DNA of 64,000 bases from Eledone cirrhosa (Eukaryota): the NCBI GenBank assembly GCA_964016885.1, contig OZ024744.1, forward strand, positions 71,362,001-71,426,000. The letters run 5' to 3'. The notes below the pieces were generated by a model, which did not search any database, was not told where the DNA came from, and saw only the letters and a program-made list of their open reading frames with translations. This document shows, in pieces, positions 24,201-38,624 of this stretch. Each line of letters starts with the position of its first letter. Position 1 is the stretch's first letter. The position numbers and the translations under genes are program-made.

Positions 24201-27075
24201 TTACTTGCCGGTAAGGACAAGTTGAGCTTCCAGTAACCGGGTCCCTGTCTATGCGTTCTATCAAGGTTGACCATGGAGGTCACTAACTTGTGGTCTGAAT
24301 AGCCAACCATGAGCATTTTTGGATAATTTAAAAAGTCCCTATCCTTATTTCTAACTGAGAACCTATCTAGGTACGATCTAGATTGACCGCTGTGGTTTCT
24401 CCAAGTCCAGGTTGTCACAGTCGGAAAATCTAGTCGATATCTATCGGCCAAGTCGAATCGGCCGATTAACCCCTTGAGGCTGTTACAACCCCCTCTATCA
24501 GGACATGACCCCTACATAGTCCCAACGCGCATCTAGGATACCATTCCAGTCCCCCACTAAAAGCAAGGAGGGGGACGTCCCTAGAAAAGTCTCCAGACGA
24601 TGGAAGAAGTCCGGCCGCGTTGACCCAAAAGGGCCGTAGACGGCGACTAGCCAAAAAGCTCCGCCTTCACCACTGCCAATGTCCAGAACCACTAGTCGAC
24701 GCTCCGAGTCCAAGTGCACCGTCTGTGTAGTGAGACCCAGATGTTTTTGCAGCAGAACGACAACCCCACCCCCACCTCCGGGCTGACAGAGAGATGCGTG
24801 CATCTCAAAGTCATCAAAGGTGGGGGCTAGCTGTCGCACGCTGCTGAATCGGGCCTCGCAAATAACCATCACATTTATACATCGTGACCTGAGGTCATTT
24901 AGAAACATTGCTTGCTTCCAAGGTGAGCCCAGGCCACGCGCCTTTAGACAAACTATTCTCAACACAGCCATGTTGGTGGTAAAGAGAAAATGCACTTACC
25001 TCTCTGCGTCCCGGGGACCGGGCCGCACAATTTCCATGGGGGTGGGGGATGGGTGGTTGGGTGGGGTGGTGGTTTGTGGAAGTGTAGGGGCATCAGTGTG
25101 TGGTGGGGTTGGGGTGTTTGGAGTTGTGTGGTTGTCTGGGGGGGATTATTTTAGGACACGGTTAATGGGTATGACGCAGGGGGGCCCCACGCCTCTTTAA
25201 AAGTGTCTTTTAACGTTTTGTAAATGTCCATTGGGGCTTTTATCGTTTTTAGATGGGGAAGCCCCGTTGCTTGTGCGAAATTCGAACCTTCGGTTTTTAT
25301 TAAGTTGTTATTATAAATAACGTTTGACAGTTTTTTGTTTATTGTACTTATGTAGGTATATGCACATTTTTCTTTTTGCGTGATATTTTTTGTTTGCTGT
25401 TGTTGTGTGTTTTTTTTGTGTTGATGGCTTGGGGAGGGGTTGTTTGTATTTGGGTTCCTGTGGTGTGTTTTCTTTTTTTTCTTTTAACTTTATGAAAGTG
25501 TTCCCCCACCCCCTCGTCTGACGACGAAAGGGGGTCGTCTTCCGTATTCGAGGGGAGGGATTCATTTTCGGCTCGTGTTTGTGGTGCGGGTATTATTGTA
25601 TTTGTTTACTATGCAGGTGGGATTGTTTTCAGTTGTGTTTTAACTTGTGGTGTTAGTTGTTTTTGTGGTGGTGGTGGTGGTTGTGTTGGTAGTGTTGTAG
25701 TTGTTGGTGTGGGCAAAATCGGTGTTTTTTTTTGCTTGGGAACAGGCAGACCTCAGGTGACCTCTGCCACCACAGAGGTAACAAGCGGGTCGTCTACCCT
25801 CCACTGTGATGTGTAAGTAGGCAAGCCCATCCAGCAATATGCGGTCGGGATCCTAACAATTCGTTCTGGTTGCATTTGCACCAGAACTTGCAGGTTAGTT
25901 CCACCGAACACGTTGCTGGAAGACTTACCTACCGAAATTACTGCATCCTCTTTCAAGTCGAGGAGGCCACACAGTACCGCCCAGAAATCAATATCTGGAT
26001 CGATACTGTGTATGGTCAATCTTTGTGTTTTTCTTCCCAAATAAGTGGGGAAGAAGGTAAATAAGGGAGACACAATTAGGGCCAGGGAATGTTTTTCGGC
26101 CGTCAATTTATCTTTCATTCGGATGGATAAACTACCGTAGAGTCTATCCTTCCGAATGAATACAATGTTTTTCAGATGATCTTTTAAAGCCAGTTCAATC
26201 TCTGTCTGTGTGAGTTGTACTGGCTTACGGGTTTTGTTTGATATTGTCCTATAAATAATAGTTTTTAAGCTATTTTCCTTTTTTAGCTCTGGGGAGAATT
26301 TAAAGAAAATAGACCATTCTCCTCCAAAGTTATATACTTCCGTGCATTTTCCATTTGCTGGGCCATGTTCGAAATGTCAATAGGTACATACACGATAGAT
26401 TTTTTATGCTTTGCGCGAACGTCATTTTGTTCGCCCCCTCTCTGTTTACATTTGTCGAAATGTGGTTTTCTTGTTTTTTGTTGTTACAATTTTCATTTTT
26501 TGTTGTGTTTGTGTTATTTATGTTGGTGTATGCCTTTACATTTTCCCCCCGTTGGGGTTAGACTCCATTTTTTCAAAATGTTCGCTTATATTTTCAGTAT
26601 CCGAGAGACTTGTAGTCACAGCTGCCACCTCTCTATCACCTTTGCTGGTGGGCGTGGCACTGTGAAAAGTCGAAACGGCATCCATTAATGTGGGCAATTT
26701 CTCCGAGTCAATTTTTTTCACATTTTTTTCATTAGGGTTAGGCTCCATTTTTTCAATGTTTCTAATTATCATTATTATTTCAGTAGGGAGGCTTGTTGCC
26801 TCCGCTACCCGCTCTCCTTCAGTTTGTCTAGTGGGCGTGTCATCGTTACCTGTGGTAATGGCTTCCATTACCACTAGCGTAGAGACAATTACAAGATTTT
26901 TAGGATGAAAAATTTCACCCCAAAAGGGGTGAACTAAATTAACCCTAATGTCCGAAGACCCAGGCAAGGGGGTTAATTAACACAATAACGCAAGAATACA
27001 GACAAACACTTACTGTTAACACGTAATATCTCCAATACTCGAGGAGCCGATGTGAAGCACGTCTATACCATCCGG
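21290..27075 (-). mobile_element. Tx1/L1-clade element copy C, full length, related but distinct subfamily, disrupted
   Basis: ORF1 at about 24996-26868 ('CYLCGGRGHLRSAC'). ORF2 at about 21514-24971 (APE, 'LDQSKAFDRVDH', 'YADD', 'CPRC..HALVHC'). (GA)/(GATA)n on both sides. Confidence 0.93.
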
Positions 27076-27081
27076 AGATAG

Positions 27082-27112
<31 letters not shown>

Positions 27113-27129
27113 GATAGAGAGAGAGAAAT

Positions 27130-27295
27130 GTGGGGAATCAACTCCAGTACAGGAGTGATACTTTATTTATCGACCTCGAAAAGACGAAAGTCAAAGTTAA
27201 TCTCAGCGGTATTTGAACTGAGGGCGCAGAAAACCGGAACGAATACCGTAAAGAATTCTATCCAATATTCTAATGACAAGAATGCCAATTTACTG
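27130..27295 (-). mobile_element. Diverged SINE family 1 copy
   Basis: TTTATCGACC...AAAGTTAATCTCAGCGGTATTTGAACTG. Confidence 0.6.
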
Positions 27296-27299
27296 CCAT

Positions 27300-28010
27300 A
27301 TACAGAATGTCACCAATGTTCAAGTCCTTGAACGGGTGGATGTCAACAACATCAAGACCATGCTGCTGAAGTCCCAATTACGCTGGGCAGGGCACGTCTC
27401 CAGGATGAAGGTTCATCGCTTACCAAGGATCACTATCTACGACGAACTCTCCACTGGCAATCGCAACAGTGGGGACCAAAGAAGCGAAACAAGGACTGTT
27501 TGAAAAAAATCCCTTGGTCTCTATCACATCGACCATCGTCGGTGATCCACCCTAACTGAGAACCGTGACGCCTGGCATCTCACCAACTATTCTGTCTCCT
27601 TCGAAAACACCCGCAGGGCCAGTCTCGAGGACAAAAGGCGCAGGCAGAAGAACCACAACTTAGACCTGCCAACTCTACCCGTCCAACGGGGAGATCTCTC
27701 ACCCACATTGGGGTGGGAGAGAGATGTCTTCTCTTGTGAAAATAGGTATAGCTTTTATTATGTAAAATCTCCCCATTTTGATTCATTTCTCCTCGTTTTG
27801 GGGCACCTTTTTTCATGATACTCGCTATTTGGGTTTTTAGAGGTTGGCAGCTATGACAACACCAAGTCATCAAACCCTGACCAGGTTTTCAGCTTCCGCC
27901 GCTGCGGCCGTGCCTGCCTGTCCCGCATTGGTCTGATTATTTACGAACATTCCCACAGTCAACGTGGTCCACCCGCTTCTTAATCTTCGTTCGCGAAGCC
28001 AAGCCATGGC
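27300..28010 (+). mobile_element. RTE/BovB-like LINE 3' fragment, interrupted by MITE A
   Basis: 'QLRWAGHVSRMKVHRLPRITIYDELSTGNR' and a terminal C2H2-like 'RCGRACLSRIGL..H'. Confidence 0.8.
27661..27855 (-). mobile_element. MITE family A
   Basis: TAGACCTGCCAAC ... GTTGGCAG; ACAAC on both flanks. Confidence 0.75.
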
Positions 28011-28015
28011 AGAAT

Positions 28016-28232
28016 ATTGTTTCTACTTTAGGCACAAGGCCAGCAAATTTTTTGTGGGGGAGAGAAAAGGCGATTAAATCAACCCCAGTGCATTACTGGT
28101 GCTTTATTTTATCGACCCCGGACTGATGAAAGACAAAGCTAACCTCGGTGGGATTTGAACTCAGATCGTGAAGGATCGCAACTATGCCATAAAACATATT
28201 GTCCGACACTCTACCGATACTGCCAATCTACT
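28016..28232 (-). mobile_element. SINE family 1 with a long target-site duplication
   Basis: GAAGCCAAGCCATG(G/A)CAGAATATTG at about 27994 and 28233. Confidence 0.85.
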
Positions 28233-28679
28233 GAAGCCAAGCCATGACAGAATATTGAAATGCTTATATCATTTCACTGCCTCACTGCCTCACTGCCTCA
28301 CTACCACCCACCTCCAACCCTATACTCTATACTTAACTGTTGTGGCATTCAGCTATTCTGTAGACATTCCATTGCAAACTTTATTATTGTTTCCAGTTCC
28401 ATAACGATTCAACCATGTTCTGTAAAATAGCTCAACAAAATAATACGAAATGTACTATAAAAATAATTCATATCAGATAGCCAGGCATATTAGGAAATAT
28501 TTCGCTAAAAAAAAACACACACATCAAAAATAAACAAATAATAAACGAAAAACAAAAAACAAAAAAATAAAATAAAAAAGAACATCAAAACTCACGTCTC
28601 CTTAGAGAATGGGCGGCGACCACTAAAACTCCCAAGGTCAACCAGAAGAGCTTTGTCTTCGGTTGTATTATTCTTATTC

Positions 28680-29275
28680 TTGTAGTAGTAGTAGTAGTAG
28701 TAGAAGAACTAGTAGTAGTTGTTGCTGTTGTAGTAGTGGTAGTAGTGGTAGTAGTAGTGGTAGTAGTAGTAGTTGTTGTAGTGGTAGTAGTAGCAGTTGT
28801 TGTAGTAGTAGTAGTTGTTGTTGTAGTAGTAGTAGTAGTAGTAGTGGTAGTAGTGGTAGTAGTAGTAGTGGTAGTAGTAGTAATAGTAGTAGTAGTGGTA
28901 GTAGTAGTAGTAGTTGTAGTAGTAGTAGTAGTAGTGGTAGTAGTAGTTGTAGTAGTAGTAGTTGTTGATGTTGTAATGGTAGTAGTAGTAGTTGTTGTAG
29001 TGGTAGTAGTAGTAGTAGTAATAGCGGTAGTAGTAGTAGTAGTAGTTGTAGTGGTAGTAGTAGAAGTTGTAGTAGTAGTTGTTGTAGTGGTAGTTAGTAG
29101 TAATAGTGGCAGTAGTGGTTGTACTGGTAGTGCTAGTGGTGGTAGTAGTGGTGGTGTTGGTGGTGGTGGTAGTGGTAGTGGTAGTTATGGTGGTGTTAAT
29201 AGTAGCATTAATATTAGTATTAGTAGTAGCAATAGCAGCAGCAGCAGTAGTAGTGGTAGTGGTAGGAACAGCACC
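28680..29275. repeat. (GTA/GTG/GTT)n compound microsatellite
   Basis: Direct reading. Confidence 0.95.
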
Positions 29276-29323
29276 AGCAATTCCTGTTTTATGTGATTTT
29301 ATATATATATGTATATATATATA

Positions 29324-30234
29324 TCTATATATATAAAACAGGTTGTCTGTCTGTCTGTCTACTAAAACGGTCGGCACACATCTCCTCCTAAACCGTACGT
29401 TCAAATTTCGGTGAAATTGCTACACTTATAGATGAAGGTCCTGCGGAGATATCGGTCAAAAAATGTTTCAAATCAACGCACGCCAAGTGCAAAAATCGAA
29501 TTTGTAAGGTATTGATTTTTCAGTTCAAATGTATAAATAGAGATGAGAGACGAGTTATTTCCCTTTTATGGCGTCATTCTGCTTATCTATTTACGTTACG
29601 AATATACGACACGTGCAAAAGTACAAAAATACGCGAACAGTTTTTGGACCAGCAAAATTTTAACCAGCAAAATTCATGAGTTCGAAGTTTCAACATTAAG
29701 CTTCCATTTTGCTTCATTTCCATTAAAAAAGTCTTTTAAAACAATATTTTTACTTGAAAACAAGCCTATTTGAATAAGCAAATATTTTGTAAAAATAGCA
29801 TTGATCTATATATAGAATCTCGAATAAAGCCTTATGAGATTTTCAGTTAGAAGCAATGATTTTAAACGACAGACAGATAACGCATTTTTTGTTTGTTTTT
29901 CATGTCCATCCAATTTCTTTGTTTCAAAATAACTGATAGTTTGGTTACGCTGATGTTTTTCTCTGAGACAAGTGTTGCAGTGTTTCCATTTTCGATTTTT
30001 GTTAATAGATTACCAGTGCAGTTTTTATCCCCAGTATCCTCTTTTGTTTTAACATTCGAGTTATGGTTATGTTTTCTTAACTTCATAAGGCATACTGTTG
30101 GTAGAGGGAATATTAATTAAAAGTACCACATGAAAGTCTACACTGTAGACTCTACAGTTTTTAAGCCAAGAAAGGAACTTAACATTGTAACTTTAACACA
30201 GCTACTGAGCAGCCCCGAGCAACGCCGGGCTTTA

Positions 30235-30238
<4 letters not shown>
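29324..30238 (+). mobile_element. Non-autonomous Helitron
   Basis: 5' TCTATATATATAAAA followed by (GTCT)n. 3' GC-rich hairpin CCCGAGCAACGCCGGG followed by a CTAA end. Inserted between A and T in (TA)n. Confidence 0.72.
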
Positions 30239-30286
<48 letters not shown>

Positions 30287-30472
30287 TATGTATACGTACA
30301 TACATATATGTATACAGACGTACAATAATATGACCGAAACGTTGCTTCTGTTAAATTGGTTTACAGATAGAATCTGACCCACTTGGGTCAGCTCAGACTA
30401 TAAGAATACTTGCTTCTCATTATCTGAGCACCTTTAAAGTGATATTCAGTCACAAGACCGAGGATAGTATCA

Positions 30473-30665
30473 CAGACCTTCCAACCTCTAAAAACCCAAA
30501 CGGGGTGTACCATGAAAAACGTGCCCCCAAACGGGGAGAAATGAGTCAAAATGGGGAGATTTTTCATAATGAAAGCTATACACATTTTCACAAGAGAAGC
30601 CATCTCTCACCCACCCCAAAGTGGGTGGGAGATCTCCCCGTCAGACGGGGAGAGTTGACAGTCTG
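30473..30665 (+). mobile_element. MITE family A, complete
   Basis: CAGACCTTCCAAC...GTTGACAGTCTG with a perfect 6-bp flanking duplication GTATCA. Confidence 0.8.
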
Positions 30666-31073
30666 GTATCAGTTAATTGAAGACTTTTACCACACACCAT
30701 ATTCTTACTGCGAGACACTATTCGTGCACACACACACAGACACACGCAAACACATACAGACGCACATACACACACAATCACTTACAGGCACACACAGACA
30801 CACGCACACACATACACACACATACGCACACATATGCACACACACACGCACACAATGCCCCCCCCCACACATTTATAAGTATTCTGCTTACCCAGAACAG
30901 GATTTATACCCATCTTAGGACCTAATGTAGTGTTGATGGGAATATTCAATCGATGCAGAGTGTCATCGGATTTTGTGAAAAGTAGATATCCTCGTATATA
31001 TTGCTGAGTATTGAAAACTGCAGAATCAAGCACCTAATGTTAAACAATGAACCCTACAAAACCCTACAAAAAC

Positions 31074-31104
<31 letters not shown>

Positions 31105-31534
31105 GAAAAACAACAACAAACATGCATACAAACAAACAAACAACAATTTTATTTGTTTCTGAAGCAGAGATGAGTTTTTTTTCCGAGGCTTATGGCATGG
31201 AACGTTTAAATATAAGTTTGACAGCAGAGGCAGCGGAGAGGAATTGTAGCTATATCTCCATACGGTTTAAACACACAGCAAGCCTCCAATATACGAATGG
31301 CTAAATGTCAGCAGAAGGGCACTCACGAGTCATGACCTGGAGGCAGCCCAGCCCCTTTAGAGTGTAAGAAGTTAAGGACAGAAATACTCGCTTGATGGGG
31401 AGCTTCTTCTCTGAAGACCTTCTGTTGTCCAGCTCTCCTGAGACTTACTTACCACTGGAGTTACATAACTATCATCGATTAGTTTGCACATCGATATGTT
31501 AAAGAAATTCTCGATCAGATGGATATGACTCCTA

Positions 31535-32315
31535 GTGTGTGGGCCCTGTTATTGTCGATTTGGGCTCTAGCAATCTATATCATGGCTCTCGAAAACAATT
31601 AGCGTTAAGTGATTTGTTGTATGTGTGGGCCCTAAATCAAAGCTTTCGAAAGACAGCGTTTAGTGAGCTGTATGTGTGGGTCGTGTTATTATCGATTTGG
31701 GCTCTAACAAACTATATTAAAGCTTTCGAAAGACATCGTTTAGTGAGCTGTATGTATGGGTCCTGTTATTATCGATTTGGGTTCTAACAAACTATATCAA
31801 AGCTTTCGAAAGACAGCGTTTAGTGAGCTGTATGTATGGGTCCTGTTATTATCGATTTGGGCTCTAACAAACTATATCAAAGCTTTCGAAAGACAGCGTT
31901 TAGTGAGCTGTATGTATGGGTCCTGTTATTATCGATTTGGGCTCTAACAAACTATATTAAAGCTTTCGAAAGACATCGTTTAGTGAGCTGTATGTATGGG
32001 TCCTGTTATTATCGATTTGGGCTCTAACAAACTATATCAAAGCTTTCGAAAGACAGCGTTTAGTGAGCTGTATGTGTGGGTCCTGTTATTATCGATTTGG
32101 GCTCTAAAAAACTATATCAAAGCTTTCGAAAGACAGCGTTAAGTGAGCTGATGGGTGGGTCCTGTTATTATCGATTTGGGCTCTAACAAACTATATCAAA
32201 GCTTTCGAAAGACATCGTTTAGTGAGCTGTATGTATGGGTCCTGTTATTATCGATTTTGGCTCTAACAAACTATATCAAAGCTTTCGAAAGACAGCGTTA
32301 AGTGACTTGTTGTAT
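31535..32315. repeat. 80-bp tandem repeat, about 9-10 units
   Basis: Unit AGCTTTCGAAAGACAGCGTTTAGTGAGCTGTATGTATGGGTCCTGTTATTATCGATTTGGGCTCTAACAAACTATATCAA. Confidence 0.95.
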
Positions 32316-32395
32316 GGAGTAATGTAACCACGAGTAAAATAATAGACTATATTCTAACTGTTGGAACGTTTTCTGCAATTAAAATGGTAATGGAA

Positions 32396-34340
32396 GCTCA
32401 AATTGTTTTTTCATATATGAATGAAATTTGGTTGGTTGATGCAGTCACGTGAATAAGCACATGGACTTTTGCGCCAGTTTGTGTTTGAGGGTTCTTTATC
32501 GTCATTTTCATTTAAAAAAAGTGGCTGAAAATGTTTTTTTTTTTTTAATAAATGTAATTTGATTGGTTATGACTGTCACGTGAATATGTACATTAAATTT
32601 CGCGCCAGTTCGTATTTAGGGGTTCTTTGTAGCCGTTTTCAGTCACATGATTTGTCATAGAGAGTTTTGTGCCAAATCATAAAAAAAGACACAAATATTG
32701 AAACACTGCAAACCAACAAATTCCAAACAATACCTGCTATTCACCTCCAACCATCCAAAGCACACGAAGACGAACATCCCTTTTAACTTAGCAAGAAGAA
32801 TTTGCACAATTGTCTGCAATTATGAAACGCGAAATAAAAGACTTCAAGAATTAAATGAAATTCTGCTCGAAAGACAGTACTCACCGTTACTAATAGATAA
32901 TGGAATAGAAAGGGGAAAGCAATAGGCATTGATGAATTACGAAAACAGAAACAAATTCAAGGTACGTCCAATATTCTATCATATATCTCAACACACAACC
33001 CAAGAATGAAAAAGCCATTGAAACACACAAAATAATCAAAAGGAAAAGACAACCAAAATCACTAAAAACATTACTCACCAATGCCAAATTACCTACCACA
33101 AACCCACAACCAACTGTCAAGAAATGTGGTCGCTCTAATTGCGGAACTTGCACTCACATCATTGACGGCAACACGTATACATTTCAATCAGGACAAAATT
33201 TTGTTGTAAAAAAATCACTTCACTTGCTCATCAAAAAATTTAATTTATGCCATTAAATGTAAAGGATGCAATGACGATTATATAGGACAAACTAAACTCA
33301 CACTCTGAAACAGAATGACAATTCATCGCCAACAATTACGAGACCCTACCACAAGACAGATACCACTTAGTGCACATCTAGACATATGCGCAAGCGATAA
33401 GACAGCCAAATTCCAAGTCTTCCCACTTTATCTTTGCGCTGACAATACAACAGAACACATGCGAATAAATAAGGAAAATGTGTATTCAAAAATATAGACC
33501 AGCATTAAATATAGTTTAATATACACTAATATGTTAACACCATAACATGCTAACCATCCAAACAGACACATACATAGATACACACATACCACCCTCTTCT
33601 ATATTCGAAAATAAAAACCAGAGCTAAATATACCTTAACATACGTTAATACTCTAACACCTTAACATGCTAACCATACCCTCCACACACACATATAACAC
33701 CCATACACACACACACACATAACTCCCTCCCCCATTTCTACTGATGAATCATTTTCCTACACACACACTCACAAATATATATTCTCTACCCTGTCACCAT
33801 CTCAACATGCTAACCACACCTCACACACACATACACACACATATAACACCCATACACACAAACTCATAACTCCCTTTTCAATTTCTACTAATGGAATAAT
33901 CCCCCTCCCCACACACAACAGCACACAAAACTCTATGACAAATCATGTGACTGAAAACAGCTACAATGAACCTCCATATACGAACTGGCGCGAAATTTAA
34001 TGTACATATTCACGTGACAGTCATGACCAATCAAATTACATTTATAAAAAAAACATTTTTCAGCCACTTTTTTAAGTGAAAATGACAATAAAGAACCCTC
34101 AAACACGAACTGGCGCGAAAGTCGATGTGCTTATTCTCATGACTGCATCAACCAACCAAATTTCACCTATATATGAAAAAACAATCTGAGCACCCCCCCC
34201 CCCTTATTTTAAAAGGCAAATACAATAAGAACTTTCTAACGCGAACTGGCGCTAAATTTATTATACTTATTCACGTGACAGTCATCAACCAGCCAAATTA
34301 CTTTTCTAAAAAACCTAGCATTTCGAGCCACTTTTTTCAC
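32396..34340 (+). mobile_element. Penelope-like element (Neptune-type), 5'-truncated, with inverted terminal repeat
   Basis: RT thumb 'KPTNSKQYLLFTSNHPKHTKTNIPFNLARRI', Cys linker 'KCGRSNCGTC', GIY-YIG 'LIYAIKCKGCNDDYIGQT..RMTIH' (32690-33520). 32396-32671 is the reverse complement of 33923-34191. Confidence 0.88.
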
Positions 34341-34556
34341 ATAAAACAGAAGTACATTCGAACACCAACCAGATACGAGGAAAACCACAAACCCTCCATC
34401 TCAATTCTACTTTTGAAAAACATAAGAACTGTGAAACCGGTAAAGGAAACAAATATTCTTAAAAAGACTCCAGTTGCATTTTCGATTACATCTTTTTTCC
34501 TTATACTTTCACAAGTGTAGGACATCTCGTTTTTTCATTAAAAACCCCCTCATTTT

Positions 34557-34594
<38 letters not shown>

Positions 34595-34630
34595 AATATA
34601 ATTTCAGCGAGATCGCATTTCGGCTGTAGT

Positions 34631-34673
<43 letters not shown>

Positions 34674-34967
34674 TAAAAAAATAATGAATAAAACAATGAA
34701 ACAGTTCCTTATATTAAACAAAAAAAGTTCATTATTTAACGATCGTTTCTAGGATATATATGTGTTAGAATTGGCATGCATATTCAACAGATCTATGTAC
34801 AAAATTATACAAAATTATACAAACTATCAAAATTAAATATACATACCAACACATATATATGCCGTCTTCAGAAATAATGAAATATATTTATTGATAATAA
34901 CAATTAGATTGGACACTACCGTAAACTCTTGGTAGATTTATCTACATATATATATATATATATATTT

Positions 34968-35095
34968 CAGACCTGCTAAAAACCAAAACGAGGAGTACCA
35001 TGAAAGCTATACCTACTTTCACAAGAGAAGACAACTCTCACTCACACCAAAGTGGGGTGGAGGTCTCCCCGTTGGACCGAGACAATTGACAGGAC
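34968..35095 (+). mobile_element. MITE family A, internally deleted
   Basis: CAGACCTGC...TTGACAGG. Confidence 0.6.
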
Positions 35096-35374
35096 AGCCA
35101 TTTTCATAAACTTGAAATATGTTAACGAGAAATGAAAGGCTTTTCACTGCTTGTATAATAATTTTAATACCAGACGCATCAATTAATCCAGTGAGGTTGG
35201 TGAAAGCTTTGATGAGAATAGTGTTATCAATAGAATGTATAGAATTTTATGATATAAAATTGGGTGGATTTGCTATGATGTTTATCGTTAATACAAATAA
35301 ACAGCTATATAATAGTCGTACTGTTGTTATTACACAACGAAAAAGAATTTGCGTTGCTTATTCAAAATATAATG

Positions 35375-35585
35375 GTTTCTGATTTAAACACAAGGCCAAC
35401 AATTTTGTGGGAAGGGAAGAGTCGATTAAATCGATCCCAGTATATTACTGGCATGTTAATTTATCGACCTCGTAAGGATGAAAGGCAAAGCTAACCTCAA
35501 CGGCATTTGAACTCAGAACGTAAAGGGCCATAACTCTAAGCTAAGCAAGTTGTTCGACACTCTACAGATTCTGCCAATCTACCGC
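35375..35585 (-). mobile_element. SINE family 1
   Basis: Family motifs; GCTTATTCAAAATATAAT on both sides. Confidence 0.85.
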
Positions 35586-36029
35586 TTATTCAAAATATAA
35601 TCTTAACTATAATAAAGAAAGGGGTGCGGGACGGCGTCCAGAATATATATTTTTTATCCCGTTTGTAAAATAAGTTGGATTACTTTGAATAAATAATGAA
35701 TGAATATTACATAATTTATCTACTAAATTTCGTAACTCTTGATTAAATATAAATAATTGTACTTGTTATTTTAAGATTCACTTCTTTAAAATTTTCAAAT
35801 GTCAACATTTTCGGTTAGCGGCCGTTATATTATAACACTTATAAAAACATCGCGTATATTTCCGTCAATAATTTTCTCCCAATGCAGTTTATATATAATA
35901 TTTTCTTTTTTAAATGTATCATGGATTACTTTACTGATTACAGAAGACAGTGTAACACAGTCTCTCTTCAATTTCTGTGCATATTCTCAATTACGATTTT
36001 ATTTGATATATCATATCTATATGTATATA

Positions 36030-36810
<781 letters not shown>

Positions 36811-36907
36811 ATATATGTATATATATTTGCGTATAATAACAATATACACACTACAAATACTAGCAGAAAACCACCAGAAGGGTGGTTTTTCTGTTAGTGG
36901 AATTAAT

Positions 36908-37290
36908 AATTGTTTCTATTTTAGGCACAAGGCCAGCAATTACCCAGTACATTACTGGTACTTTATTTTATCGACCCCGTAAGGATGAAAGGCAAAGTTA
37001 ACCTCGGCCGGATTTGAACTCAGATCGTAAAGGGACGTAACTATGCTGGAAAGCATTCCGACCCTCTACCGATACTGCCAATTCACCGCCCTTAGCGGAA
37101 TTAATAATTGTTTCTACATTTGGCACAAGGCCAGCAAATTACCCAGTGCATTACTGGTACTTTATTTTATCGACCCCGTAAGGATGAAAGGCAAAGTTAA
37201 CCACGGCGGGATTTGAACTCAGGTCGTAAAGGGACGTAACTATGCTGGAAAGCATGGCGTCCGACCCTCTACCGATACTGCCAATCCACC
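36908..37290 (-). mobile_element. Tandem pair of SINE family 1
   Basis: Two full copies; TTAG(T/C)GGAATTAATAATTG precedes each. Confidence 0.88.
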
Positions 37291-37890
37291 AAATATTTGC
37301 TAAATAAACCTACGCCCATTTTAGTGGGACTGCTTAACCTTCATTTAGGATTAACAGAGAAATTAATTTGGGTTCATTAAATGGTGTGCGTTGAGCTAAT
37401 TGTTTTACTTTATCATTGTTTTACTTTATCATTTCCGTTTTTCAACAACTAAAAACTCAGTGTAACATTTTTGTGAAGTTTCAGCTTCCAATAAATTACA
37501 CACACACACATATATATACACGCGCACATGTACACACACAAACACACACACACACTCACACATACAATCACACTCACACGCACACACTCACGCACACATA
37601 CACATACATATATATATATATACACACACACACACACGCATACACACACACACGTAGACACAAGAACACGAACACAGAATCATACACACACGAACACACG
37701 CAGACCTACACGGTCACGTACACATAATGTAGATACACAAACCGACATATGCACTCACACAGACGCACTCAGAAACGTTATAGGTACACATGCGAGTATA
37801 TATTCAAGTGCATACACACTGAACACCAACTATATAAAATGCATATACACATACATACATAAATACCTATATATATATATGCATACATAA

Positions 37891-37933
<43 letters not shown>

Positions 37934-38554
37934 CACACATAAATACCTATATATATATATGCATACATAAATACCTATATAATATACACACACATACATA
38001 TATATATATATGTATATATGCACATGTATTATATACATATAGTGTAATAAATATTTAAATAGAATTTTATATATCCCATCCATATAGTATAAAATACTTG
38101 TAAATTATGCCTTCTACATTACCAAAATAGGAAACGGTGTTCATTTTAAAAAACAAAATACGCAGTAAAAAAGTATACTCTCATATCTAGTGCATATATG
38201 TTTTGAGTTTAACTTTCTCGAATTTTCTCTTAAGCCTTTTTTTTCTGCAGTGTTTGTATGGTGGCATAATAAAATATATGTAAACACTAAACTACTTAGA
38301 AGCCATTTTAGAGTACCGCAAATGACAAAGGTCTGCAAAACAGAAGTCATTAAAATTGTTTTAATTCTTTCTCCGGCTTATGAAAACAATAAAAAATAAA
38401 AAATAAAAAATAAAACAGAAAAAATGTTTCCATCATACTAAAAAAAAAAATAAAAATATGCATAAAAGAAAAATCGCCAAGTTGCGTCACACATGACATT
38501 AGAAAGAAGTAAGATATATATATATACACACATATATATATAAATATATATACG

Positions 38555-38623
<69 letters not shown>

Positions 38624-38624
38624 G

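Noticed and set aside
31160-31530. Possible host exon (minus-strand GGTAAGTAAG donor at about 31452)
   Set aside because: No sustained reading frame or recognisable protein, and no partner exons.
31535-32315. CRISPR-like regular array
   Set aside because: Whole 80-bp units repeat with no unique spacers, there are no cas genes, and the context is eukaryotic.
33940-34020. Possible hammerhead in the Penelope terminal repeat (CTGAAAA...GAAA)
   Set aside because: G8 is missing, stem II is unconvincing and the NUH register does not fit.
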